Below, piece after piece: positions 13,323-26,525 of a stretch of 64,000 bases of DNA. Numbering within the stretch: the first letter of the stretch is position 1; each line of letters begins with the position of its first letter. Source of the DNA: Octopus vulgaris (lineage: Eukaryota). The stretch is taken from the NCBI GenBank assembly GCA_951406725.2, contig OX597815.1, positions 79,484,001-79,548,000 of the forward strand, given 5' to 3'. The position numbers were made by a program, and so were the translations under genes. The notes under the pieces were generated by a model. It worked only from the letters and a program-made list of their open reading frames with translations, was not told where the DNA came from and did no database searches.

Positions 13323-14568
13323 TCGTATACATATATATATTGAGGTTGATATACACACATATATTTTACAAGCTTCTTTTAGTTTCTGGCTACTAAATCC
13401 ACTCACAAGGCTTTGGGCAGCCTGGGGCTAAAGTAGATGACACTTGCCCAAGGTGTCACACAGTGGAAGTGAACCCAAGACCACATGAATAGGAAACAAG
13501 CATTTCACATATAATTCTAATTGTGAGAGAATAGAAACAACAATGTAATACAATCAGTAGATATCAGTGTAGCTGCTATATTGTCACTATATGCTGCAAA
13601 TTCTCCTTCAAATTACACCCAACTATACTAAAAAAAGAACATATTGAACAATTGATTCTTAGATACACTATGCTAAACAAGCCAATGAGAGAGCCACTAC
13701 TCGATCATTCAACTAGCAACAAGTAGTAACCAACTCTCCTTCCACTTACACCTTCATCATTGTTTAACATCTATTTTCCATGCTAGCATGGGTTGGATGG
13801 TTTGTCAGGATCTAGTGACTCACAAGGCTGTATTATGTGCTATGTCACCTTTGACATGGCCCTTCCTAATGCCAACCACTTTACAGTGTATACTGGGTGC
13901 TTTTTTGTGCCACCAGGTCTAGTGAGGTTGCCAAGTAATTTGTAAGACAAGAAAGGACAAAAAAGAGAAAACAGGTGAAAAAGGAAAAGGTCTGCTTGAC
14001 TAAGTGGAGGTGGTGGGATATTTGAGAGAGCAGAGAGGTGATTTTTATGCCAGGGACAGGCATGGGTGGGTGGGAATATCTAGGAAGAATGTAAGATGGT
14101 AGTGATGGGGTGCCAAAGCAAAACCCTCAAGGAGCAAGATATGACATGAGCAGAGGATCAGGAGAGTGAGCCAGAGGTGGGGAATGGCGAAAATGACACA
14201 TTGTATAATTTAGTTTAGGGAGCACTAAATATGAAAAAATAGAGGGTTATCAAGGTTGGAATGCTTTAAATTAGGGGCAACCTGGAGCTAAGCAACAATA
14301 ACAACACACTATTCCTGAAAAACAAAAAAAGAATGGATTGTCATGGTTGGAACACCCAACCAGGATTGACAAGGAGGTTAAACAAAAATAACTCAAAGCT
14401 GCTATGAAAGTCTAACATTCACTCGATCTGCTGGAAATAGTAGCCAAAGCTCCCACAAATGGCACCCAAATATCCTTAAAAAACAAGAGACACATTAGGC
14501 CTGCTTTTGTTTAAACAATGCTTTGACAATGTCTAACATAAATACAATATCACACATTTGAGTAAAGC

Positions 14569-14645
14569 AGTAGTTCCCAAACTTCTTCAGACTGCTGTCC
14601 CCTTGACACCTCGGCCACATTCCTAGTGCCCTCCCCCGCCCACCA
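14569..14645 (+). mobile_element. hAT-like terminal fragment
   Basis: Starts cagtagttcccaaactt, resembling the CAGTGGTTCCCAAAC hAT/Charlie-type terminus. No partner end found. Confidence 0.4.
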
Positions 14646-14723
14646 CAAATATAGACCACTTTCTGCAGTAAATTCAAAACAACATCAACAGGGGAAGGCC
14701 GAAAAGTCAACACTGGCTAGATT

Positions 14724-15221
14724 GGAAAGACTTCCTCCCGTCCACCTCCATTTTATCGCAAATTATTGTTTCTTTAAAATTTTTTTTGCCCAAAATCCAG
14801 GTTTTCGGATATGGAAATTCCTGAAAAATGTAAAAAAATCGGAATTTTGAAATTTTTTTGCCTCCACCCCCATTACTCACCCCGAAATTTCCTTTTTCAC
14901 TTTTTTCCGTAGCCCTAACCCTAAGTATAAAAAGTTTTGGAAATTTGTTTCAGAATCATAATCTTCGTATTTTCCCGCATATTTTGACAAGAAAAAAAAA
15001 AAATGTGAAAAAAAATTTTGGGAAATTTTTTTCAGAATCATAATCTCCATATTTTGAAACAAAAAATTTCTGAGGAAAGTTTAAAATGTAGAAATTAGGG
15101 GGAAGGGATAATTTCAAAATGCCGATTTTTGCCAATTTTTTTCCAGATTCGTATTCTCCGTAGCCGGAAAAAAAAAAATTGTGTTTTTGGGGGAAGGGGG
15201 GAAACAAAAGGAAGTCTTGCC
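14724..15221. mobile_element. MITE with GG-starting TIRs and 8-bp TSD (Merlin-like), inserted in a SINE B remnant
   Basis: TIRs ggaaagacttcct/aggaagtcttgcc, TSD gctagatt/gctggatt and internal ccctaaccctaa. A second copy lies inverted at 36654-37202. Confidence 0.75.
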
Positions 15222-16053
15222 GCTGGATTTGAACTCGTGATGTGAAGCGAGATAAGATATCGAAAAGCATTTCGTCTATCTATTGCCCTTATAATCGTTT
15301 CTAACAGGCGCAAAGCCATAATTTTGTGGGAGCAGTTTAGTCGAATTCGAACACAATATTTATCGATCCCGGATGGATGAAAGGTAAATGTTTTCTTACA
15401 TTCATAGAAAACACAGTGACTGTGACGTACACGTTTTCCTTTTTCGTGGTGAACAGAGAAATCGAAACTAATTCACAGGTTGGATTGCAGAGAGCATGCA
15501 ATACACGTTTCTCTATTTCCCTCAACAACAAAACAACAGGGAAGTAAAACTTTGTAAATAAAACCCACTCTTAACAGACCAGTTGCTGATAACGATAAAG
15601 ATTACGGCAAGGAAAATAGTCAGGAGAAATGTCAGCATTAAAGTATGTTTACATTTCAGATACACGCAAATTAGTACTCCACCTACTAAAACACACACAC
15701 ACGTATTTTTTTTTTTTAAGTAAGTGTGCCATTCCTCACCGATTATATTTTTTTAAAATTGCTGGCTGATTATGTTTTGTATGCAGACTGGATGACGATT
15801 TAGTACTGTTGTTCTTATTTGTTTGTTATTTTCTTATTTTTCTCTTATGCTTCAGTAGTTCTTTAGAAGATACATTCACTCTATTATATCTCAACTTCAG
15901 ATGTTTCGTATCCACGCACTTACAAGAATGCATATACATACGTATACATGTACGTGGATGTATACATATATGCATTTATATATAACATACACGGAGGCAT
16001 TTAAGATCGTGTGTGTATACATACATACATGTATAAGCGTGTGTGTCTAAGTG

Positions 16054-16084
<31 letters not shown>

Positions 16085-16129
16085 ATATATATATATATAA
16101 CTATCTGAAGTTAGTCAGATCAACCGATT

Positions 16130-16690
16130 TGGTCACCACCCTCCTCAACAACAAATCCAACAGGCCAAAATAAAAATGGCAGCTGTCACTTGACAACCCA
16201 ATAGCTCCTCCTCACCTCTCACAACTACCACGACGATTTCCTTCCTCCCCCTCTTTTGAATTAACTCAATTCCCTTTCTTCCTTCCTCTTTCCAATCTGA
16301 CTACTTCGAGATTATTCAGTGCGGTCTACTATCGTTTCTACGGAGTATATATATATATATATATATATATAGATATAGAGAGAGATATATACAATGTAAT
16401 ACACATATATCTGGGTGTGTTTATATATATATATATATATTCTAATGCTTTTTGCTGCTAGTAACTAAAGAATGAGAGATATATATATATATTATGTGTG
16501 TGTGTGTGTATAAGACCAACGCTGTGGTCTCCTTGTGCTGCTGATCTGCACGTCTTTCCGCTTCCGGTTTTGCGAAAGTTGTCGATGTGGCTTGTGTGTG
16601 TGGCACGTGACTTGTTAGCCCGTCATCATTGCAGACTTCAACGAATCGATTACATACACGTTTTTTTTCGTTTCTCCTTTCGTGTTCTAA
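16130..16690. promoter_or_regulatory. Candidate CpG-retaining promoter region
   Basis: Local CpG enrichment in non-repeat sequence, with a YY1-like aaaatggc (~16173), an ETS-like cttccgg (16561) and an E-box cacgtg (~16604). Confidence 0.35.
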
Positions 16691-16992
16691 AATTACCTTT
16701 TATTTTACACTTGTTTCAGGCATTGGTCAGCGGCCATGCTGGTGCACTACTTTCAAGGGTTTAGTCGAAATAATCGACGTGAATACTTATTTTTTTTAAG
16801 CATCTCTTTTACCGTACCTCCAAGTTACGGAAACGTAAACAAACCGCCAACGCTTGACAAGCGGTGGTGGAGGACAAACACATCCATCCATCCATTCACT
16901 CCCCCCCCCATATATATATATATATTTACACATCATCGTCGTATAACGTCCGTTTTTCGTGCTGGCATCGGTTGGACGGTTTGATAGGAGCT

Positions 16993-17403
16993 GGATCTTT
17001 TCGGTTTGAACGGCAGTTTTTTCTAGCGGTGTCATATGAAATTGTCACCCATAATTATGACCCTAGTATCGATCTATTGCATTTCAATCTGTTTTAGGGT
17101 TAGTGGTGGGGGGAAGGGTATCTTTTTTTCTTCACGAATGTAAATAAAGCCAATCTGATTCGTAAACGAGGGACATATTCATACGGCACAGAATGTTTTC
17201 ACCTCAGTAGACGGTCATTGATTGGTTGAAATTGCCGAAATGCAAGAAATTATAGACCAAATATCTTACAAACTATAGAATTTTCTCAATAAAGCCAAGA
17301 GAAAAAGATGTTTTATAAACACATTCTACTAGTATACGAAGTTTAAAATTTTTTAGTTATCTAGAAATTATGTTAAAAACTGCCGTTCAAACCGAAAAGA
17401 TCC
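16993..17403. mobile_element. MITE with perfect 29-bp TIRs and 8-bp TSD (Merlin-like), inserted in an RTE 3' fragment
   Basis: TIRs ggatcttttcggtttgaacggcagttttt/aaaaactgccgttcaaaccgaaaagatcc and TSD taggagct/gaggagct. A partial copy lies at ~35155-35660. Confidence 0.85.
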
Positions 17404-17544
17404 GAGGAGCTGTCAAGACTCCGATTATGCGTTGTGGCATGGTTTCTATGGCTGAATGCCCTTCCTAACGCCGACCACTTTACAGAGTCTGTTGGATGCT
17501 TTATACGTATCACCGGCATGTGCGTATATGTATGTGTGTGTATA

Positions 17545-17930
17545 GGCGTAGGAGTGGCTGTGTGGTAAGTAGCTTACTTACCAACCACATGGTTCCGGGT
17601 TCACTCCCACTGCGTGGTACCTTGGGCAAGTGTCTTCTACTACAGCCTCGGGCCAACCAAAGCCTTGTGAGTGGATTTGGTAGACGGAAACTGAAAGAAG
17701 CCCGTCGTATATATATATATGTGTGTGTGTCTGTGTTTGTCCACCCCCCCAACATCGCTTGACAACCGATGCTGGTGTGTTTACGTCCCCCGTAACTTAG
17801 TGGTTCGGCAAAAGAGATTGATAGAATAAGTACTAGGCTTACAAAGAATAAGTCCTGGGGTCGATTTGCTTGACTAAAGGCGGTGCTTCAGCATGGCCAC
17901 AGTCAAATGACTGAAACAAGTAGAAGAGTA
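17545..17930 (+). mobile_element. SINE family A, full length, CpGs retained
   Basis: Runs from ggcgtaggagtggctgtgtggtaag through ggttccgggttcactccc to gactgaaacaagtagaagagta. Confidence 0.9.
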
Positions 17931-17969
17931 TATATGTATGTATATATACACACATATATAAATATATAT

Positions 17970-18005
<36 letters not shown>

Positions 18006-18014
18006 CTATATATA

Positions 18015-18066
<52 letters not shown>

Positions 18067-18294
18067 TATAGATGTGTATCAACCATATTTCATATCTATA
18101 TATATATATATATACATATACACATATATATATACATATATATATGACAGACTTCTTTCAGTTTCCGTCAACCAAATCCATTCACAAAGCTTTGCTCGGT
18201 CCAAGTGTATTGTAGAAGATACTTACCCAAGGATTCTTAACCATACAACCATGCCTGCACCTATCTGGAAGCAGACCAGTCACTGGTTACCAAT

Positions 18295-18503
18295 TATTCT
18301 TTTATTTGTTTCAGTCATTTGACCGTAGCCATGCTGGAGCACCGCCTTTAGTCGAACAAATTGACCCCAGGACTTAGTCTTCGTGAATCTAGCACTTATT
18401 GTCTCTTTTGCCGACCCACTAAGTTATGGGACATAAACAAACCAGCATTGGTTTCTAAGTGATGGTGGGGTCACAAACACAGATGCACAAACCTATACAT
18501 ACA

Positions 18504-18570
<67 letters not shown>

Positions 18571-18735
18571 ATACATACATATATACAACAGGGTTCTTTG
18601 AGATTCCGTCTACCAAATCCACTCACAAGGCTTTGGTTGGCCCGAGGTTCTTACCCAAGGTGCCATGCAGTGGGACTGAACCCAGAACCATGTGGTTGGG
18701 AAGCAAGCTGCTTACCACACAGCTGCTCCTGCCCC
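18295..18735 (-). mobile_element. SINE family A
   Basis: Reverse complement of the family A head, core and tail, with a long internal (TA)n. Confidence 0.85.
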
Positions 18736-19778
18736 TATAAACAAATTTTCAACTTCATCTAGCACCCTTTTCTTGATACTCTCACATTTTTTTTTTCTTT
18801 TGCTTTCATCTTAATGAAAACTATTTTCAGTTGCACAAAGTTGCATTATATTTAAAGTTAATTACCTTCATTAAAGTTTTGCAATAATGAAAGCCTACCA
18901 TAACCCACCCTATTTCACAGTCTTTTACAGTTTTAAGGACATTTTTCCCTCTCAGATAATCAACTAATCTATATTGGAGAAATTTCAAAAGATCAATGAT
19001 AAAAAAGAAAAAAAATAGGCCATCCATTGTGACATAGTTTGGTTTTGGCTTAAGGCTTCTTATGTAGTGTATTTGAAGCAGACTTGTTTCCATGGAAACC
19101 CCTATACACGATGCAGGTTGATCTGGTAACAGGTGGATTGGAACTTCATCCATGGCATATATATGATATATTTGATAGGCTCCTCATCATATATATATAT
19201 TGAGACTGAAAAGATGCAGTGTGAATGTCCAACAACAATAGTTATTTACTAATTATATATATTAAATTCCATACAATAAATTAGCAGTTTTATTTCTGAT
19301 CAGAAATTCTTTGCTTTATATGATAATTATATTTATATTATGCATAAACATGTCTGTGTGTATGTATGCTTGTATGCATGTATGCACATGCATGTATAGA
19401 AATACATTCGCACATACGCGTGCATACATACACACATGCATCATCATTATAATCACTACCACCACCACATCATCATTATCATCACCACCAGCGCCATCAC
19501 CACCACCACCACCATATATATCATATAGATAAGTGCAATCTATGTATATACTTTGTATACCATGGAGGATTTTGTTAATATGGTTTGAATGAATATATAC
19601 ATCAGGCTTCACACACACCATTCTCACACAACCACATGCATGCACATCTTTATTTGGGATCACTTTATTATCTCCCTTCCTTCCAACCACTTTCAAACTT
19701 TTTTTCTCATCATTCTCCATGCTTGACTGCTAAATCTAGAGCTTTTTTTCATTCTCTCTCTGTTTATTTTTTCTTATT

Positions 19779-19903
19779 CCCTTCTGTTGAAGAGCGTAGG
19801 CTCGAAATGTAGAAGACCTTTTCATTTTCTCTAGCATCAAACTAATACACCTGCTTGTTGTTCATACACCTGTCTTCATCTTTTATTTTCCTATAAATTT
19901 CAA
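19779..19903 (+). mobile_element. Penelope-type terminal fragment with hammerhead-like motif
   Basis: CTGTTGAA-GAGC-GTAG-GCTC-GAAA-TG-TA, followed by the same downstream tail seen at 42295-42410 and 63540-63670. Confidence 0.6.
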
Positions 19904-21808
19904 AGGGGTGTAAAACATCCAATTCACTGGTACATCAGTTGGATACCACAGAAATAGGAGTATAAATACAAATTACAAATAACAAATTAAATAGAGAAAT
20001 AACAATTGACAATCTAACAATTCATTACATTATAATATAATATACTATGAAATATAATCTAAGATAAGATAACATAACCAATTAAAAAAAACCAAAATAA
20101 AGCCAACAATTTGTTTTGACTTATGTACATTATCTGATTTATAAACAGTTCATATCTATGTATACAAGACTCTTCAGGGCCTTGGTTCAAAAAGACAGAT
20201 GGAATTCCATGTAAAAGGGTTGCTAGATGATTGCTAGATTGCATAATACTGATTCAAAATATCTATGGTTAGGGGCGTGAGCATTAACAAGTCAAATACA
20301 TAAAAAGTACAATAAAAGAACAACAAAATTTAAATGGATAAAACAATTAAGTAAAGAAAATTTATAATGGTCAAACAATGTTTTTATATATCTCCAATGA
20401 ATTACTATTGTCCCTGAAAGTTGTTTTTTATATTTACTATGGATTGCTTGAGGCTAACTTTCTTCCTACACCTCGCTCCTTTTATACATACATACATTCA
20501 TACATATGTATATATATATATATATGTATGTATATATATGTATATGCATGTATACATATCTATGTATATATATATGGATTTCTTTCAGTTTCCATCTTCA
20601 AAATCCATTCAGCCATTCATTTAAAAAATATATGCAAATATAGATACGTATTTCTATATACTTTTGAGTCAGAATTCTATTGCAAGTCTGGGGAAGCTAC
20701 AGTAATATAAAGGTAAATCCTTTTAGATGGAGATTTATTTTTCAAGTGTAGTTCAAATAAAGTATGCCAAGTAGGTAGGGAGTGAAAATAAAGTGGGTGT
20801 GGCAAAAGAGACTAAGCATTTTAATTGCAATATCAAACCTTTTTATGTGATTAAAGAATAGGCTTCTGACTCATGTCAAAATTCCTGAATTAAAAAGGAG
20901 CTGCTGAGATCTAATTCATTATTAATTAGAGATTGCAATAGAACAACTATTGACTTGACTAGTGAACTCACCTGAAACACTATAGCATGACCTGGTTTAC
21001 ATGCCCCATCAGGTTTATATCAAACATAATAGCATTAGTTGCATGATCTACAGCATCACCTGGTGAAATTTTAAATTTCATTAACTAAAACTGATATGCA
21101 AAAATTATTGAAGATTGAAATTTGAAATGAAATTTAGATTATATTTTTTCCTTGAATTTTAGATTATATTTTTTCTTTTTAAATTTAGATTTTATTTTTC
21201 TTTAAACAAATCTGAATTTCAGTTTTTATTGAATTTTCACTCTAGTTCAAATTTCAATATTTGAGCCATACAAAAAAATTATTTTCTATATGTGGTTGCA
21301 ATAATTTTCAGTTGTATTGAAATGTATATTTAGTACTACAACTAATTTTAATTTGTAGTTGTATTGCCATCAAATGTCTTATTACTGGATGTGTACATAG
21401 AGGGAATTCAAACTAAGAACCATCATTTCATCCTTTTGGGGTAGATAATTTAAGTACCAGTTGTGTACTGGGGTTGGTCTAATCGACTGGCCACCTCCAC
21501 AAAGATTTCGGGTCTTGGGCCTAGAGTAGAAAAGATTATTATTTACTCTTCCTCTAATATATATTTATGTACAGATCCAATGATGATTTGGGTTAAATTT
21601 ACCAAAATGTAGTGTAAATGTAAATACAAATATATACTCTAAAAATGAAGTTAACCCCAAAAATTAAATTTTTTTTTACAAACATTTAATAATACATTTT
21701 ATCTTTTCACTCTAAACCATTAGTCTTTCCACCCAATTTTAGTTTACATAAACATGTCAATTTTATCAGTTTGAACTTTCACAGTCTTGAGTAACTGCCA
21801 ACAAAAGA

Positions 21809-21879
21809 TGCTCACAGCATCTGGTTTTCCTAAATGATCACTCTTCTAATACAAACCAGGCTCTACATTACTTGAGTTC
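21809..21879 (-). pseudogene. Decayed 3' portion of 5S rRNA
   Basis: Minus strand gaactcaagtaatgtagagcctggtttgtattagaagagtgatcatttaggaaaaccagatgctgtgagca is colinear with the 3' ~70 nt of animal 5S rRNA (boxes A to C) and is followed by tctttt. Confidence 0.65.
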
Positions 21880-22499
21880 AAAATTTTTCAGTATAATATA
21901 CCTATAAACTAAGAGAAAAAAAAAGAAAGAAAGAAAGAAAAAAGAAGAAAAGTGACAAAATATATACATTTTTATCAGTAGAATATATAAGCCATCATAC
22001 TTTTTATAATGTCAAGAAAGATAAATTAGACAGTAGCTGGACAAAATACAAAGCAAGATGAAAAGCAAGTGAGATAGGTGTCATAAAAGATAACAAAAAT
22101 AGTAACCAAATAAGTAAATGAAAAAATAGTAAAAAAAAAATTGTGGTATGGGGATGAGCATTTGGATTAAGGCCAATAGGGGTCATGTACCCATGTAAGT
22201 GAATTTTTGTTTTGAAATATTTTCAATCTGGTCCCAGATGGTAACAATAAGCAGTTAAGTAGCAAAATTCACCACAATAGACCCACAATTATGCTGAGAA
22301 TAGGAGGTTGACTATGACAGTAGGATATAGTAGTAACACAGCAAAACAAAAGATTCTTTAATATGTGCAAAGATGTTTTGTACAAATTAATCCTGAGTCA
22401 GTCAAACTGTTATTTTTTTCTTACTTCTGTATATGAGTGATTATTAAGAAAACTCTTCATATGTTCCTAGAATTGATATAGTTTGTTTTTATACCAATG

Positions 22500-22884
22500 T
22501 TACTCTTTTACTTGTTTCAGTCATTTGACTGCAGCCATGCTGGAGCACCGCATATAGTCGACCAAATTGACCCCAGGACTTATTCTTTGTAAGCCTAGTA
22601 CTTATTCTATTGGTCTCTTTTGCCGTACCGCTAGGTGACGGGGACGTAAACACACCAGCATTGGTTGTCAAGCGAGGTTGGGGGGGACACAACACATATA
22701 TTTATACATATGCATGTATATGACGGGCTTCTTTCAGTTTCCATCTACCAAATCCACTCACAAGGCTTTGGTCGGCCTGAGGCTACAGTAGAAGACACTT
22801 GCCCAAGGTTCCACACAGTGGGACTGAACCCAGAACCATGTGGTTGGTAAGCAAGTTACTTACCATACAGCCTCTCCTGCACCT
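22500..22884 (-). mobile_element. SINE family A, full length
   Basis: Reverse complement of 17545-17930. Confidence 0.9.
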
Positions 22885-23119
22885 ATATGTTATTTAACAA
22901 ACACATAAGTCAGAAATTAAATATTCTTTCACTGTTGCTAGACTGGGGTATCACTTTGAAGGGTTGAGTTAGTGAAATTGACCCCAGTATTTATTTTTAT
23001 CATTTACCTTTCACTGAACTGCTAAGTTATGAAAGTGTGGCTGATTGTCAAGTAGTTGAGAGACAAACAGAGACATACACACACACACCCATACTTAGAC
23101 ATGGTTGTTTCTGATACCT

Positions 23120-23416
23120 ATGGTAGTGCTGCCTGACTGCTAGTGCCTGGCTCCCGTGCCCGGTGGCACATAAAAAGCACCATTTGAGTGTGGTCAATGC
23201 TAGTGCTGCCTGACTGGCCCCTGTGCCTGTGGCACATAGCACCCGCTACAAACTGGGAAAGGTTGGTGTTAGGATGAGCTGTAGAAACCTTGCCAGATCA
23301 GATTGGAGCCTGGTGCAGCCTCCTGGCCTGCCAGTCCTCAGTCAAACTGTCCAAGCCATGCCAGCATGGAAAGCAGACTTTAAACGATGATGATAATGAC
23401 GATGATGATGATGATG
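23120..23416 (+). mobile_element. RTE 3'-end fragment with (GAT)n tail
   Basis: Two gtgccyggtggcaca modules, then ccatgccagcatggaaagcagactttaaacgatgatgat. Confidence 0.75.
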
Positions 23417-23579
23417 TCTTGACATAATTTTGAATAATAATAATGGTAAAAAAAGTTATATTATGAAGGATAACTGCATCGGTGGTTCTTAATTTATGTG
23501 GTATCACTGTCTTGGAGTCATTGTGAGCTCATAAGCTAGAACTATGGGAGAGAAGTGTTCAGGGAAAATTGTGATTTTC

Positions 23580-23797
23580 AGTTTAGAAACCATCCATATC
23601 TTGTCCAAATATTCTACCTGTTTTATGTCCAAACCAGCCAGATCCCACCTGTCATACATACCTACAAAGTCATTCTAAAAATAAACAATCACATCATCGA
23701 AATCTCAAAATGATAAGATAATTCATGATTAATTCAAAACATTGTGAATAAATAAGCTTTACATTTGACAAAGTGAAATGAATGCTAAAAGGTTTAA
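23580..23797. mobile_element. piggyBac-like non-autonomous fragment (tentative)
   Basis: Ends gaatgctaaaaggtttaa, resembling a ...GGG-TTAA terminus. The left end is not resolved. Confidence 0.3.
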
Positions 23798-24464
23798 CCA
23801 GTTACAATACTTCTATTTTAAACCACATTTTTCAAAAAATCCCTATCAAAATTCAAATTAGATGATACTGTGTAATCAGTGAATAGAAGCAAGACTGATG
23901 ATGTGCCAAAGTCCAATATAATTTTTGATATGTGGGTCTTCGTCTTCTTTAATAGCTTCTATAAAAAAATAAATCTAGTGTCAATAATCTACACTAATAT
24001 CTTGAATAAAAACACATACTGGGTAAGCTGTTTATTATAAGAAAATATGAATTATAAACCACTATATAAAGATTGGTTTATGCTTCTTGCAATAGTTAGC
24101 TGTTTATTTTTATGCAAAACATGAAAGGTTTCAAGCATATAAATATAGGAGTGTATTTATAATTTCCCCAAGACACCCCCTTCTTCCTCCTCTCCACCAC
24201 CACCAACACCATCATCATCATCATCATCTACTACTACTACTACCACCACCACCACCGCTGCCATCACCATCATCACTTGAACATCTACTTTTCTGCTCTA
24301 GTATGACCCAGACATGAATATGTTGGGAGAGAATTTTCTATGGATTGATGTCCTTCCTGATGCCAACCTCCATATATTATCTCACTCTATTGAACAACAA
24401 ACAACCCATGCAGAACCATTCTTTACAACCAGCAATTACATGTGAAAATATGAGGAAATATGAA

Positions 24465-24500
<36 letters not shown>

Positions 24501-24505
24501 TCAAA

Positions 24506-24760
24506 CACAAAGAATGGAGATTAATCAATGTGTGTAGCTGATTAATCAATAATTCAATCAGCTACATACAATTCAAATAGAATGACATAACCAAATTACT
24601 GCATGTTTTACACTAGAATTAAACTTAATTAAGCATTTTAGACAATTAAATATTGGATCGATTATATATATGCACTGCAACATGCAACAATTTGGTTATG
24701 CCATGGTATTTAAAACACATGTAGCTGATTAAATCATTGATCAATCTTCATTCTTTGTAT
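24506..24760. repeat. Imperfect inverted repeat (MITE-like)
   Basis: acaaagaatggagattaatcaat...atcagctacat...cataaccaaatt...gcatgtt is mirrored at ~24678-24758. Confidence 0.65.
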
Positions 24761-24984
24761 TTCATCTAATATATTTTGTGATTACTATATTGAATTTATT
24801 CAGGGCTTGAACTTTGGATTTACAAATTGGACATTGAAATAACAACCTATATGAATTACAGTGGCCTTAATTGGACAATTTAGTTAGCTGCGTTTGAACT
24901 CTACAGTATTGAAAAGGTGTATCCATTTGGATTAATTCAAATTCCCTTTTTCTTTTGTATTTGCGTGTGTGTGTGTGTGTGTAC

Positions 24985-25043
<59 letters not shown>

Positions 25044-25577
25044 TACAGAGAGAGAGTGAATGAGAGGGATTGGACTTGTTTCTGTCTATGAAATCCACAC
25101 ACAAGGCTTTAAGCAATTTAAGACATTTGCCCAAGATACCACAGTATGTGCTCAACCTAAAACTCAATGGTTATATATAAGTGTATAAAGTATATCATCA
25201 ACATTTAATGTCCGTTTTTCCATGCTGGCATGTACTGGACAGTTTGAACTGAGTTGGCTAGTTCAAATTTTCAATAAACTTCAGAAATCGAAATTACAGG
25301 AAATTCCTTGGAACATGAAATTATCAAAAAATTACCAGACGGTCAAGGCTTTAATAACTGCTTTCTATTAGTAACTGTTACTAAGCTAATTAGTAAGCAG
25401 CTTTCTTCATTATGATCTATGTTTATGTATATATTATTCAAAACAGTTTGAGCCAGATTTCGTTCAACTTCAAGTTTTGCAGGCCCCTAACAGTCTGTCT
25501 CCTCAGGCTGGTGGAATATCCGTTTGTCCACTCACTCATATATATACATATAAATATATGTGTGTGTATATGTGTAT

Positions 25578-25617
<40 letters not shown>

Positions 25618-25902
25618 TATGAATTATGTTCACTCACACACATATACACATGAATGTATGCTGTGATTTAGAACTCCTATGCTGTTATTATTCTTTGTAT
25701 TATGAATTTGAGTTGATTTAGACACACCCTATAGATATAATAAATAAGTAATAAAAAAGGAAGGTGTTTTTATTGAAAGGTTACCATGGATATACCATCT
25801 GTCATGAATTGTCACATTCACTCTTACTCAGGACAAAAGGAGCACATTACACTACTCACTTTCCCACTATATACATACATATACAGACATGAACATACAT
25901 TC

Positions 25903-25948
<46 letters not shown>

Positions 25949-26075
25949 ACACATACACACACACACATGCTCGCACACCTGCATGCACACATATTCACAC
26001 ACACACACGTGTGAGTCATCTAAGAGATCTTAAGTTAGGGAAGAGATGCACTCATATATCTGTCAATAGAGTGGG

Positions 26076-26306
26076 TATATTATCCGAAAAGTATAGTATT
26101 AAATATCCAAGCGGTTGCATGTAAAAAATACCAATTGGTTTCACGTAAAGGGAATATGGTGTCGCTATATTCCCTCCCATATCAGCTAACTCTGACGAGC
26201 GTAAAGTTATAAAGTTGGATTTTTACCTAACACTCCATTGTATTCTTTACACAAAACTGATTGGAAAGATCAGCTGTGATGAACACTATACTTTTTGGAT
26301 AACATA
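26076..26306. mobile_element. Palindromic mini-element with hammerhead-like motifs in both arms
   Basis: Terminal inverted repeat ttatccgaaaagtatagt/actatactttttggataa. Plus strand has CTGACGA-GCGTAAAG...CTTTACAC-AAAA; minus strand has ctttacgt-GAAA-CCAATTGG-TA. Confidence 0.55.
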
Positions 26307-26315
26307 TATATATAT

Positions 26316-26525
26316 ATCTATTATATAAAATCTGTTCTGTCTGTGTGTGTGTGTGTCTTCTAGGATCTCGGGCATCCTTCATCCAATTGCGCTCAAATTT
26401 GATATGTAGATACCAACGGTAGCAGGGCGTGTATAAGTCTTGAAAAAATTACAAAAATCGATTCCACGTGAGAATGCAATCGATAAAGCCATGGGAACGT
26501 GCATTTGCGATTGATACTACGTGTA
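26316..26525 (+). mobile_element. Non-autonomous Helitron-like fragment
   Basis: Starts tctattatataaaatctgttctgtctgtgtg, like the Helitron 5' ends at 47626 and 49275. The 3' end is degenerate. Confidence 0.45.

Noticed and set aside
17545-17620. Possible tRNA genes at SINE heads
   Set aside because: A- and B-box-like motifs are present, but there is no complete cloverleaf and the heads run directly into the SINE core.
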